DNA of 64,000 nt from Eledone cirrhosa (GCA_964016885.1 OZ024744.1:10912001-10976000); one strand, 5' to 3'; positions 1-12,450 are shown, counted from the first letter of the stretch. Program-made: numbers and translations. The notes: a model not told the origin generated them from the sequence alone.

Positions 1-1410
1 TTGACATGAGGACTCGAAAAATACTAAACAACACCGGAAACTTCACATCAACAGTGACATAGACCGCCTTTACTTGAAATGTAGCAGGGAGGCAGAGGCC
101 TAACATCAGTCCAGACAACATTTGAATGTCGCATCATGGATGCACATGGCTTAGTGGTTAGAGCATTGGCCTTGCAATCGAAAGGTTGTGAGTTCAATTC
201 TCAGACCGGGTGATGTGTTGTTTCCTTGAGCAAGACACTTTATTTCACATTGCTCCAGTTTACTCAGTTGTAGAAATGAGATGATAGGGACTGGGGTCCC
301 TATCATTCCACTGCAAAGTGGTCGTGGAGGTGCCACGGCAAAAAAGCACCCAGCACTCACTGTAAATGAGGTTGGTGTTAGGAAGGGTATCCAGCTGTAG
401 AAATCAAGCCAGAATCAGTTCCCGTCCCACCCTTGCAAGCAGGGAAAAGTGGATGTAAAATGAAATGAATGAAATGATGATCATATCCCTTCGACAACAT
501 CTACGATCCTGGAAGCGAAGGAGCCCTTCTCTCGAGCAATTCTCTCTTCATGAGACAGATAAGATCATGGGAGTTGGGAAGGAACTCCTTGAAAGATGCT
601 CCCTGCATGATAATCAAAAACTCACCCCTAGGGAAATTGCCCAGCAGTACTGCAGCAAACCCATGGGTGAAAAACTGCATGCTTATCAGCAAAATATCAT
701 GCATGGATATGTTGCCAGGAAGCTCCAGAGTGAGAGTAATATAGATAAGGAAAGTAGTCTATCTTGGACCAACAACCGCTATATTGGCTCCCACTTTGAA
801 GGATACGCTTTTGCAATCCAAGAACAGGAGATTAACACGAAATACCTGATTCACAAAAGAGATAGGGATGCAGGCAAAACACCTAGATGTGATAACAAGT
901 GCAGACTCTGCAGAACTAACATCGAGGATATCACCCATGTCATCAGCAGCTGTCCAAAGATGTCATCACGGTACTATCTACCTATGAGGCATGATATAGT
1001 GGCAAAAACACTGTACAATGCAGTTCGTAAAAAAGATAGCCCGATAATAAACACATTAAAAGCTACAGCAATGTGGAGGACATCCTTAGACATATTATGA
1101 AAGAGTACTGGTGGAATGTTCCAGTAAAAACCCCAATAAAATGAAGGCATAACAGACCAGATATTGTGATATGGGACAGGGAGAAGAAAACATGCACAGT
1201 AGTGGAAGTTAGCTGCCCAGCAGATTCCAATATAATATTAAAGATTAGCGAAAAGGAGAATATTTATGCAGAACTAATGAGAAATCTGCAGATACTCCAC
1301 CCTGATTACACCTTCAGATTTATGCCTGTGATTATTGGGTCACTGGGATATGTTAGTAACTGCCTCAATACAAATCTTGAGAAGCGAGGCTTCACAGGAA
1401 CAGAAACAGT
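1..1410 (+). mobile_element. R4/Dong-like non-LTR retrotransposon fragment (post-RT region, CCHC zinc knuckle, restriction-like endonuclease); degenerate and interrupted by a SINE
   Basis: Translation with frameshifts gives ...NSDIDRLYLKCS..GGRGL... (1-130), FAIQEQEINTKY, CRLCRTNIEDITHVISSC (CCHC), RHDIVAK and HNRPDIVIWDREKKTCTVVEVSCP (PD..E RLE motif). Stops and frameshifts are present. Confidence 0.85.
138..479 (+). mobile_element. tRNA-derived SINE, full length, with 5-bp target-site duplication ATCAT
   Basis: A box (TGGCTTAGTGGTTAGAGC), B-box-like GTGAGTTCAATTCTC, and an RTE-like tail ending in (TGAAA/TGA)n. ATCAT lies at 133-137 and 480-484; removing the insert restores the host frame FECRIISLRQH. 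A very similar inverted copy lies at 13275-13617. Confidence 0.9.
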
Positions 1411-2219
1411 AAAAAATGTAAAACATTTCAAAAATTCTGCATCTAATAACTGCATATACACGTGTACAGACACAAAGCATATACACATGCACACATACAA
1501 CTCAAAATATACACATCCACACATACAATAACATCCATATCTACACATGCATGCATATCTACCTAGTTGATGGAGTTCCTCAAATTTTTTAGCCTCTGAA
1601 TAAAACCGAACTTTTGGGGGTCAAATTGTTTATATACTTTGTATAAAACTTTGTTAAGATTGTAGCTCCATTGTATACAATGGTTGTAGTTGCAATTTGG
1701 TCGAAGGAGACTTACGTGTTTAGCCATGATGAGTTCGTCTATTCACTAATATTTGCATCTATTTTGAAAAATAGATGATGACATTTAAAAGTTGACAAAG
1801 GTTTGTCAGAGTTAAATTTAAAGTTATTCATAGCTTGGGTAATATGTCATTTCAGGTAGTTTTTAATTCTACAACTGTATTTTAAATGTCCATATCAGTG
1901 TAATGTAACAACGCAGTATTTATATGTTAAAATCTATGTAACGTTTATATGAATAGATGTGTTGCAATATATTTACAGTTCAAACACTTATGTAGAAATA
2001 TTGTATGTAATCTTACCGCAATATGTAGCTCAACTTTTCCAATATATGGCGTGTTGTCTTCATATAAGCCGTAATTACATATGTCCTATCATCAAACTGA
2101 CCACAGCAGTCGCCATTAGCGTTTATGTATGTGTGTTCTTTTGGTTTTATAATTTCATAAATTCTTACCATTAAAGAGAGAGTTGGTTTCTAACATAGAT
2201 ATAAGACTCTATCATTGGA

Positions 2220-3050
2220 AAAAAGTTGTGCATGGGTACCTGAGACGAAAAACACAGACCATAGAGGGGATAAACCACTCAAAAAGCCTGGTATAGAGTT
2301 CTGACAAGTTTATGACATCCCACCTTGAAGGATATCTCTATCCAGTACAGGAACAAGAAATCCCTACCAAATATCTGCTACACAAAAGAGGAAGGACATC
2401 AGTCAACAATAAATGTAGGCTTTGTAAAACAAAGATCGAAGATGTAAGCCACATTGTTGCCAACTGTGAAAGAATGTCATCTCGTTACTACCTCCCCATG
2501 AGACACGATGGGATAGCTAGAACCATCTGAAGCGCACTTAGGAAAACAAGATTAAAAACAAATGATAAGGAATATGTTGAGACAGATGGCACTAAGGAAT
2601 ACTGGTGGAACCTGAAAATAAAAACTGCCACCAAATTAAAGCACAACTGGCCTGATATTGTTGTTTGGGACCACACATTGAAAAGATGCTCTGTTGTAGA
2701 GATCAGCTGCCCACTTGATGTCAAAGTTGTCAGAAAAATACAGGAGAAGGAGGGCATCTACGGACCATTGATGAGGAGTTTGTAGACCCAGTATCCAAGA
2801 TACACCTTTAGCTTCATACCCATCATTATTGGAGCTATGGGTTATATCCCAACCCGCTTGGACCAAAGTAGAACTGAACTTGGATTTGTGAACAAAGAAC
2901 GCAGCTCCCTAAATCATAGTCTACAAATGGCTGCGATAGCTGGCACCTTCAAAATTTGTAAAACATTCTTGTGATTCAAGGGATGACAATTTCTTTTCTT
3001 TCACAACCTTGCCACCAGGATGGTGGCCGGTCAAAATGGTACTTAAAATT
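2220..3050 (+). mobile_element. Second R4/Dong-like non-LTR retrotransposon 3' fragment
   Basis: SHLEGYLYPVQEQEIPTKY, CRLCKTKIEDVSHIVANC, SSRYYLPMRHD, HNWPDIVVWD..VEISCP and C-terminal GTFKICKTFL*; paralogous to 465-1410. Confidence 0.85.
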
Positions 3051-3061
3051 AAGAGAAAGAG

Positions 3062-3230
3062 AAACACATACAAACACACACTCACACATATGCACATACA
3101 TACATACCCACACATACATATATATAGATACATACATTTAATCACATGCATATATACATACAGGCACACATACATACATACATTCATGCATACATACATG
3201 CATGCACACACGCACACACACACACACACA
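3062..3230. repeat. Degenerate (CA)n/(TACA)n microsatellite
   Basis: Directly visible low-complexity repeat. Confidence 0.9.
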
Positions 3231-3792
3231 ATGATATACCATTATTAATAATTATTAACTAATTCTATGGTCAATGCCTGTGAGTGAAGATATTATTTAA
3301 AGTGAGGAAAGACTGTGCACTGAGCCAATCCCACTCTCTGAGTGACAGTAGCTATAACCCGAAAAGAAGAAAAGATCAACATCATCGGTAACTACTGAGC
3401 AGCAGGTTTTATGTCAGAGTTATCCCAGTTTCCTGAGTTGCCTTCTCCTAGAAGAATGCCCTGACAAACCAAGTGGTTTAATCGCGTGATCAGGTGTCTG
3501 GCTCGACTATTTCTATGTCCCCGCACATATACATACACATGCACCCATGTATATACACATATACATACATATGTACATGTGTATATACATATTTACACAC
3601 TTTCGGATGGCCGTTGACTCTTATGAGTTCTTCCGCCCTTTGTCAGGTTTTGTTTTTTGTCATGCAGGGTGTCCAAAATCACCCTCCTCACCAAGTAAAC
3701 TTGATGGGGTTACCGGTTTAGTCGCCGACGACCCGACCATGCGGCAGGTTGTACTGGGTTACATGTTACCAGTAACACTCAAGAGTGACCCA

Positions 3793-5935
3793 ACATACAT
3801 ACATACATACATATGTGATAGCTGCAAACTCTGCCAAGAGTATTGCAATCGCTTGTCAGACTCAGATGTGTGACACTCAGATATGGCTTTTCAAGCCTGC
3901 TAGAGACTTGCACTCCTCCACACACTGACGACAACTATGGATCTCCCTGGCTTGAGGTCCTGCATCAGGCTGCCTGTAAACCTTCACAATACTGAGGAGA
4001 TCATAGTTCACTGGTTCTCTTTAAACATGGCTGCGACTGTGGCTCCTGAGACCAGATTTGCTCAAGCAAATTTTTCCACACTCAGAGCATTTAAATTCAA
4101 TGGAGACACCGATCGTTTCAAGAGATACACCAGAGTATTGCTTATGCACATCCCGTTTGATCTTCTCGTGCTCTATGCATCTGTCCTCAAAATTATGGAC
4201 CCCGTCATTCAACATTCCACGCCAAGTTTCTCTTTCAAGAGCCTCTATCTCCCAGTCAGCCATTATCAAACCAGTTTTTTTCAATCGGAGCTTTGGCTTG
4301 TGAGGTGGTCTCTTACATTTACAAAGCTCGCCATACAAAAGTTGTTTTGGGATTTGATCAACCGCCATTCTGCAGAGGTGTCCGGTACAGAGTACAGAGT
4401 ACCTTGATCAGAGAATTTTTATATGCAGATGATTGTGATCTCTTTGCACACTCCCAGAGTGACATGCAACACCTTATGGATTCTTTTTCCAATGTGTGCA
4501 GTGCTTTGGGACTGACAATCAGTCTGAAGAAGACTGTTGTCCTGTACCAGCCTGCTCTGGATAAAGTTTTCAATAAACCCTCCATATACGTATACGGTCA
4601 AAACTGAAGGCTGCTGACACATTTGTGTATTTGGGGATTACTCTGAGTGTGGCCTACTCTCTAGATGCAGAAGTTGGTCTATGTGTTAGTAAGGCAAGTG
4701 AGTCATTTGGAAGGCCCAACGACCGTCTTTGGTGCAGGCAAGGAATCACAATGAGGACCAAGATGAGAGCGTATGCTGCATGTGTACTGTCAGCTTTGCT
4801 GTATCCGTGTGCAACATGGGTTGCCTACAAATGGCTCATGGCAGTGAGATGCCTGAAGTTGAACAGCTTGCCGGAAGTATGACGTCTGAGATAGATACCA
4901 TGTTGACAATCCCTGAAGGCCATGAAGAATACCATTACAAAATACAAGGCAAACAAAGTTGGTGAAGGTATATCACCTTCTGCTCGACACCATTTTCAAC
5001 CAAGATTGGCTCAGACAATTTACCTCCGATGTTTACCCATACCTGCATGTCATCGTGGAAGAGCTTGAGTATGTTCGCAAACTTTTCAGGACAACACAAT
5101 ATCTCCAAAATAACCCACAAGCCTTCCGATTAACGGTGTCAAATGCCTTGGTCAGATCGCAAAAACTTGGTATAAGTCGATGCGCTTCTCAATGCATTTC
5201 TCTTGAAGTTATTTGGCCGAAAAGATCATGTCAACAGTGCCTCTGCCATTCCTAAAGCCACATTGGGACTCTGGAAGTACCTCAACAGCAATGTGCTGTA
5301 TCAATCTGTCCAACAAAATCCTGCACAAGATCTTCCCAGCCACAGATAGCAGTGAAATACCTCTGCAGTTGCCACAGTCATCTTTGGCTCCCTTTCCTTT
5401 GTAAAGTACCACCATCAATGCATCTTTCCAGTCCTGCGGTACAGCTTCTTCATTCCAAACATTCACAAAGAGATCAGAGAGGTGGTTTAAGAAGTTATCA
5501 CCAGCCCACTTGAAGATCTTGGAACTCAGTCCATCCATTCCAGGTGACTTGCCGCTGTTTAATTTGGCAAGGGCCTTCGCCACCTCATCAAATGAAGAAG
5601 GATCAGCCATTGCCAGTTTTGTAGGTCTGGATGGAATCAGCTGGATGAAATGATCATCGATTTCTGATGGTTTATTGATCAGGATGTCCTTTGGATCTCT
5701 AAGCAATTCCTTGCCATCCTTGGAGCGAAGTGGTGATATTTGTGGACCGGTTGGACCATAAACCTCCCTGAGCAGACTGTATAAGAGCTTTGAATCATGT
5801 CTATCTGAGGCTTTCTGGATTTCATCACACTTTTTTCTCCACCTGCATGACTCTCAATCGATGTTGCACACATGCCTTGATCTGCTTGGAGGACTGGTCA
5901 CTCTTGTCAGAACGTGTCTCACACAACAATATTGT
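3793..5935 (-). mobile_element. RTE-clade LINE, 5'-truncated, with C-terminal C2H2 zinc fingers and (TGTA)n tail; contains an inverted internal segment
   Basis: Minus strand gives GKSPGMDGL, VPQDWKDA, CGNCRGISLLSVAGKI, LPESQCGFRNGRGTVDMIF, DLTKAFDTV, then IPKQLLYGEL and CSECGKICLSKSGLRSHSRSH. Confidence 0.9.
4387..4832 (+). mobile_element. Inverted RT core segment (YADD region) of the surrounding minus-strand RTE
   Basis: Plus strand reads RVQSTLIREFLYADDCDLFAHS...GLTISLKKT...YLG...LLYPCATWVAYK. This continues the minus-strand frame that ends GKLFNFRHLTAMS at about 4833. Confidence 0.85.
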
Positions 5936-5954
5936 CAGCATATTTTGTTGATAC

Positions 5955-6027
5955 ATGCATACATACAAACATACATACATACATACATACATACATACAT
6001 ACATACATACATACATACATACATACA
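5955..6027. repeat. (TACA)n microsatellite forming the 3' tail of the adjacent minus-strand RTE
   Basis: Near-perfect TACA run abutting the RTE 3' UTR at 6028. Confidence 0.9.
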
Positions 6028-9000
6028 TGATGGCCGCAAACTTGTGTTAAAGCATTGCCATCGACTGATAAAATGCTCAAAAATATGAGGCACGAATGTG
6101 GTTCTTTAAACCAGCTAAAGACTTGCACCCTCTGGCACACACATGGCAACTGTAGGCTCCTCTGAGACTTTCCATTGCTTTGTTCTGACTGTGTGTTCTC
6201 ATGTGTCTTTTAATACCGCCCATGCTAGCACATTCCTTACACCTCTTCAGATCTTAATCTACATGAGGTCTACTGATATGACTTTGGTCATGTCTAGTCA
6301 AACCAGCTTTACTCAGGCAGACTCGACCACAGTACTGGCAAACCAGATTATGCTCAACAGCAGGCAGTTCAGAACAGTGCTTTTTCCTTACCTTCCTTTT
6401 CAGTGTTAAGTGTTCTCTTCGACAAGTTTCAAAGTGTTCACTACCTGACTTGATCAAACGTCTCCACTTCTTCTCCCATTCGTCAAATGAAATTCCAGTA
6501 CAAGCCAAAGTTCTCCTGACACAGTCCCGGTACCGCATTTTTGGTTTGTGTGGTGGTCGCCTTCCTTCCCACAATTCTCCGTAGGGAAGTTGCTTTGGAA
6601 TACGATGATCAGACATCAGGACCACGTGACCACACCACCTCAACTGGTGCTGAAAGGTCATTCTCTCTATACTCACACACCTGTTCCGTTTGAGAACTTC
6701 CAAATCACTGACAAACATTTTCCATCGCACCCCAAGTATCTTATGAAGAGATTGTTGGTGAAATCTCTCCAGATCCTTGAGGTGTTTTCTGTATGTGACC
6801 CACGTTTCACAAGCATAAAGCAAAGAGGAGATGACACAAGTCAGATACACTTTCACCTTGGTTTCAATAGTGATACCTCGTCTGGACAATAAACGTTCAT
6901 TGAGCTGTCCAAAAGCCTCATTGGCTTTCTTGATTCTTAAGATATTTAATCATCAAATGTGCATGAATTGTTCATCATACTATCAAGGTAAACAAGCTTG
7001 TCAGCAACTTTTAGCTTCTTTCCGTACACGTACACACTTGGTGTAGTGTACTCTTTTCCACGTCACAACAGTCTTTTCCAAGCTTATTGTGAGGCCCAAA
7101 GCACTGCAAACTTCAGAAAAAGAGTTCATAATATGCTGCATGTCACTTTGTGAGTGTGCAAAAAGATCAGTCATTTGCATATAAAAACTCTCGGATTGTA
7201 GATGTTAATAACTTTGTGCTTCACAAAAGTGCCTGATGTTGAACAACCTTCTTGAAGTGCAATATCTGATGAAAACTCCATGCAAACAATCTTTCCTGAA
7301 TGCCATGAGAAACACTATCATAAAATATAAGGAAAACAGAGTTGTAGCCGGAATGTCCCCCTTCAACTGATATTGGTTCAATGATGCTACCACCAATACT
7401 GACCCAAACTTTAATGTCATGATGAAAAAGACGCAGAATTTTTACAAACTTAGGAGGGCAGCCAAGCCTTTCCAACATTTTCCACACTGTCAAAGGCCTT
7501 TGTCAAGTCAACATAGACCTGGTAAAGGTCCATACATTGTTTGATACACTTTTCTTGCAGCTGCCGAACAGAAAAGATCATATCCACTGTTCCTCTTTCG
7601 TTTCTGAACCCACACTGCGACTCAGGCAACACATTCAGAGAAACCCCTGAGATCAATCTATCCATCAAAATTCGGCATATGACATTACCAACTACTGAAA
7701 GAAGTGATATGCCACAATAATTGCCACATTTGTCTTTCCCCATCCTTTTCTTTATGGAGAATCACCATCGTTCCAATCTCGTGGGACAATCTCCCCACAC
7801 CTTTTAATGGGGTCAGTCAGGCGCTGTGTGAGGTTTTCCCCACTGCACTTTAAAACCTCTGCACTCAGACCATCCATACCAGGAGACTTACCACAGTTCA
7901 GGCACCATCAAACCAGTTTTTTACAATGACTCCTTTACACAACCTTTGAATCGGAGCCTTGACTTGTGAGGTGGTCCCTTACATTTACAAAGCTCGCCAG
8001 CTCATGTACAGCAGAAGTCACCTCTACAAGAGAAGGTACATCAGCCATCTCATGCTTCACTGGTTCAATAGGAATGGAGCAAATGAAATCATCATCAACC
8101 TGGGATGGCTGGTTTAAGAGCTCATCAAAGTGATCTCTCCATCTGTCGAGTATGTCTTTTGGATTGTGCAGTAACTGCTTGCCATCTTTTGATCTCGACG
8201 GTGTCACTGGTGAGCTGAAAGGACCATACACCTCTCTAAGTAGAGAATGCAGCAGTTTCACATTGTTACCACCAGATGCTGCTTCAACTTCATCTGCTTT
8301 GTTGCTCCACCAGGTATTTTGTATGGCCCTGAGTTTCACCTGCACCTCCTTCTTTACCTGTCTGTAACACTTATAATTGTCACCAACAGAGTTACCACCT
8401 TTAAGAACTGCACGAGTGTCTTTTGTTTTCTGTCCAGTAGAGCCTTGACATCCCGGTCTTTCTCATCAAGCCAGTCCTTGTGTTTTCTTGTAACAAACCG
8501 AAGGACCTCAGCTGAAGCCTCATAGACCGAACTCCTGAAGTCATTCCAGTTGTTCACACAATCAATGTTTCCATGACTGCGACGCAGCTCTTCCTTGACA
8601 CCCTTATCCCTTATATTCAAGTGCCTTGGAATCTTGACACCATTTGTTCTTATTTGAGGTTTGATCACAAAGTTAGCCTTATCGCGCACCAGACGATGGT
8701 CTGTCCAACGCTCTGCTCCACACAGAACACGTACTTGCTTGATATCCTGCATGTCAAGTTCCTTCACAAGAACATAGTCGATCAGATGCCACACCTTCGA
8801 CACAGGGTACATCCATGTTGTCTGGAACTTATTCTTTTGCTGGAACATTATGCTTGTAATGAACAAATCTAACTCCACACACATCTGTAGCAAGAGGAGA
8901 CCATTGCTGTTACATTTCCCTATGCCATGTCTGCCGATCACATCCCAAGTCTCATAATCCCTTGCATTGCGTGCGTGGAAATCACCAAGTACGACAATTT

Positions 9001-9520
9001 TGGCTGCTGAGAAGGAAGCTTTTTGACAAGTTCCTTCAAAGACCTGTAAAAGGTGAGTTTCTCATCTTTGTTGGAATTCATCATCGGGGCACATACAGTG
9101 ACAATGGTAAGGTAGCAATTGTACATCAGAGGAATGCTCATTAACATAAGACGATCACTGATGCCACTTGGAAACTGGTCAAGTGTCGACACCAAAGACG
9201 TTTTCACAACAAAAGCCACACCTGCCTCCCTTTTCATCTTGCTGCTCTGCCACCCCAGTAAAACGTATAGCCACTTGACATCTCAGTGATATGACCCTCT
9301 TCAAGTAGCCTTGTCTCAGTTAAGGTAACAATATCCATATTGTATCGTCCCAGCTCTTTGGCAACAAGAGCTGATCTTCTTTCTGGTCGTCATTCTCAAG
9401 ACACCACATCTTATAAGGTCCGGATGTTCATAGGTTTCTTCTTCTTTGTAGGGCCCATGCTGCGGTGCCATGGGACACCTGTCGGGCCAGACCCTTTCAC
9501 CATCAGTTCCAGAGTCCCTA
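6028..9520 (-). mobile_element. Near full-length degenerate RTE-clade LINE (APE endonuclease, RT, C2H2 fingers)
   Basis: RPERRSALVAKELGRYNMDIVTLTETR (APE N-terminus), NSNGLLLL, WHLIDYVLV, WTDHRLV, PESQCGFRNERGTVDMIF, VDLTKAFDSV, REFLYAND, LLYACETW, RWCGHV, CQYCGRVCLSKAGLTRH. Many stops and frameshifts. Confidence 0.92.
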
Positions 9521-9794
9521 TTGCCATTAATTTGTACATTATCATGGTTCATACATATACATATCCTTGTGTCTGTGTTTGTGAATACCAGTGTAAATTG
9601 GTGTGTCTCTTTATAACAAAACTAAAAAAAAATGAAAGAAAAAGTAAAAAGCTAATCATTCAATAAAGAGAGATTGATGAAACAAGTGATAGACTGAAAT
9701 AAGTGCCAAGATCAATATGATTGACTAAAACAGCCATCGAAGGAATTGCTCCATCATGGTCATAGTTGAATACACGAAACCAGTAAAATGATAA

Positions 9795-12136
9795 CACTGG
9801 TCAACAAGTATTTTTCATCAAGCATATGTCAAGGTGTACTTAGTGTAGTTTTTAATGCTGATTTCAAATATACAATTAGTTTTTTGACATCACTTACAGT
9901 TTTCAAGATAAGAAAGTTTTTTTGTTTTAGCTCATGCATTATATAGAAATTCCAATTAATGACATGTATTTCATTTACATCATGGAAACATACCTTTAAA
10001 ATAAACTACATTATTCATTGCTGCATAGTTCAGATGCAATATTTCATCATCTTAAATTAACCAATCAAATTTTGTCTGATGAAATGGGTATTTCAACATT
10101 TCAAATTGTCCAGTCATAATTGGTCTGATGAAATATTTCATCTCAAATTATTCAATATAAGTAAAACTGTTTGTATCTATTTCCTTACTTGTTTTACAGT
10201 GTTAACAATGTCAAGACTGTAATTGTCTTGATGTGTTTTGTTGTCTGTGGACAATTTATTGTGAAAGCTCAAAAACGTACAATAACACCAGAGATCAAGA
10301 AGATTTATAAGCTCTACTTTGACTGTCCTCTTGGAGATCAGGACAAGTTATGGGCACCACATTTTATCTGCTCAGCTTGCTCAAATGGCTTACGTGACTG
10401 GTTCAATAAGAAGAGGAAGTCCATGCCTTTTGCCATTCCAATGATATGGAGGGAGCCGAAGACCATTTCAATGACTGTTATTTTTGCAAAGTAAATGTCA
10501 GGATTTTCTATGAAGAATAAACACAAAATTGTGTATCCCAATTTAGATTCTGCAATGAGACCTGTGCCTCACAATGGATGTCTGCCAATTCTAGTTCCAC
10601 CAAATGATGGTATTCAAACATCAGATGATGATGCTGACTGTCACGATAGTGCTGCTGAGGAAGATGACGTGGCTGATGACAATAGCTTTGAATATGATGA
10701 CAATAGCTGAACTGAATGACCTTGTCAGAGACCTACCCCTCTCAAAAGATAAAGTAGAACTGTTGGCATCAAGACTGAAGGAGAAGTATCTGCTAGAGCA
10801 CGGTGTTCGTATAACTTATTTTCGGCAGAGAAATGTGTTTTCCTGTTGAAGGCCCACTTTGCTTTTGCAGTAACATCGATGGACTTTTCGAATGTTTATC
10901 ACAAAATCCTGATCTTGCAGTGTGGCGTTTGTTTATTGACTCTTCAAAACGAAGTTTAAAAGCTGTACTTCTCCATAATGGTAATTTGAAGCCCTCCATT
11001 TCTATTGCACACTCCGTTCATATTCATGAATCATGAGAATATGGAACTTTTACTTCATGCCATTGCCTATTAAAGATACTCATGGAAAATATGTGGAGAT
11101 TTAAAAGTCATTGGAATGTTAATGGGAATGCAGTCAGGTTTCACAAAATACTGTTGTTTCTTGTGTCTATGGGATAGTCGGGCAACTGACAGACATTATT
11201 CGGAATCAAACTGGCAGACAAGAACATCATACCAGCCAGGACTGTCCAGCGTCAAGAATGCACCTCTTATAGATCCATGTAATGTCTTATTGCCTCCTTT
11301 GCACAAAGCTTGGGCTGATGAAACAGTTTGTAACGACACTAGGGAAGAGAAATGCCAGAGGGTTTGAATATATTGTAGAAAAGTTTCCCAAAATCACACA
11401 GGCAAAGTTGAAAGAGGGTATCTTTGTCGGACCCTAAATTAGAGAAGTACTCAAAGATGTCAACTTCAAGACAACACTGGATGAACTGGAACTGCCTGAA
11501 ATGCTTTCAATTTGATCTGTGAGAATTTCTTGGGCAACAAGAAGGCAATTGTCTACAAAGATGGCATCAAGAATCTTCTGAAATATTACTCAGCAATGGG
11601 TTGTCGCATGTCAATGAAAGTTCACTTCTTGGACTCCCATCTGGATTTCTTCCCAGATAACCTTGGAGCAGTGTCTGATGAACATGATGAAAGATTTCAC
11701 CAGAACATTAGTGCTATGTAGAAACGGTACCAAGGCTTCTAGAATGACAGTATGCTGGCTGACAACTGCTAGACACTTTACCGTGATCAACCAGATCAGG
11801 AACACCGCAGGAAATCCAAATCACAATGTTTCTAACTCTGTTGTTCTAACTTTGTCTGTTTTGTCTGACCCATTTTTTTGTGTATTCACTCTCAATAGAA
11901 TGATAGTGATGATTTTTAACTCAATAAACTCATTTACTTTCTAAAAATAATATGTTCTTATTTATTACGTTAATGACTTCATATATACAAATATGTAAAT
12001 ATTTGCATGTATCTACTGAAAAACTGATACATGCTGCATACAATTGGAGTGAAATTTTGAAATCAGCATGAAAAATTAGTCTAAAAAAGTTGGTTTGCAT
12101 TCATGAGTATAATACATTTAATTTTGTTGACCAGTG
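9795..12136 (+). mobile_element. Chapaev3-type (CMC superfamily) DNA transposon with both TIRs and TAA target-site duplication
   Basis: Termini CACTGGTCAACAA (9795-9807) and TTGTTGACCAGTG (12124-12136); subterminal inverted ATGCTGATTTCAAA (9855-9868 and 12056-12069); TAA on both flanks (9792-9794, 12137-12139). CAC..GTG ends with TWA TSD fit Chapaev3. Confidence 0.8.
10208..11834 (+). pseudogene. Disrupted Chapaev3-like transposase
   Basis: Fragments GDQDKLWAPHFICSAC, MPFAIPMIWREP, WRLFIDSSKRSLKAVLLHNGN, GFTKYCCFLCLWDSRA, LLPPLH, KVHFLDSHLDFFPDNLGAVSDEHDERFHQ across several frameshifts and stops. Confidence 0.85.
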
Positions 12137-12369
12137 TAATAGATAATAGCAAAAGAATAACTCTTAAGAAGGGAATGGGAAATCAGCTTTATTTTTAAAT
12201 ATTCTTTGAGACACAAGGAAAATTGTTTTATAACATTAAATATATCAGTCGCTTCAGTCTTAAGCCATTTGTTGTCAATCTTCCCTTACCTACAAGGGTG
12301 ACATTAATATTTTCGGGTTTTATTGTGATGGATAGAATTGGCAAAGTTTCAAACGTGAATTTGTTTAAT

Positions 12370-12450
12370 AGATAGATAGAGAGAGTGGGAGAGATAGATA
12401 GAGTGAGAGGCGGGAGAGAGATAAAGAGAGAGATAGAGAGAAATAGACAA
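12370..12450. repeat. (GA)n/(GATA)n microsatellite
   Basis: Directly visible. Confidence 0.85.

Noticed and set aside
138-210. Functional tRNA gene (also 13545-13617)
   Set aside because: It is the head of a repeated SINE with a TSD and retro tail; the acceptor and anticodon stems are not intact.
2921-3248. Short ORFs rich in H/T/Y/I or C/V/M (also near 5825-6149, 16708-17013, 18116-18367)
   Set aside because: These are translations of microsatellites.
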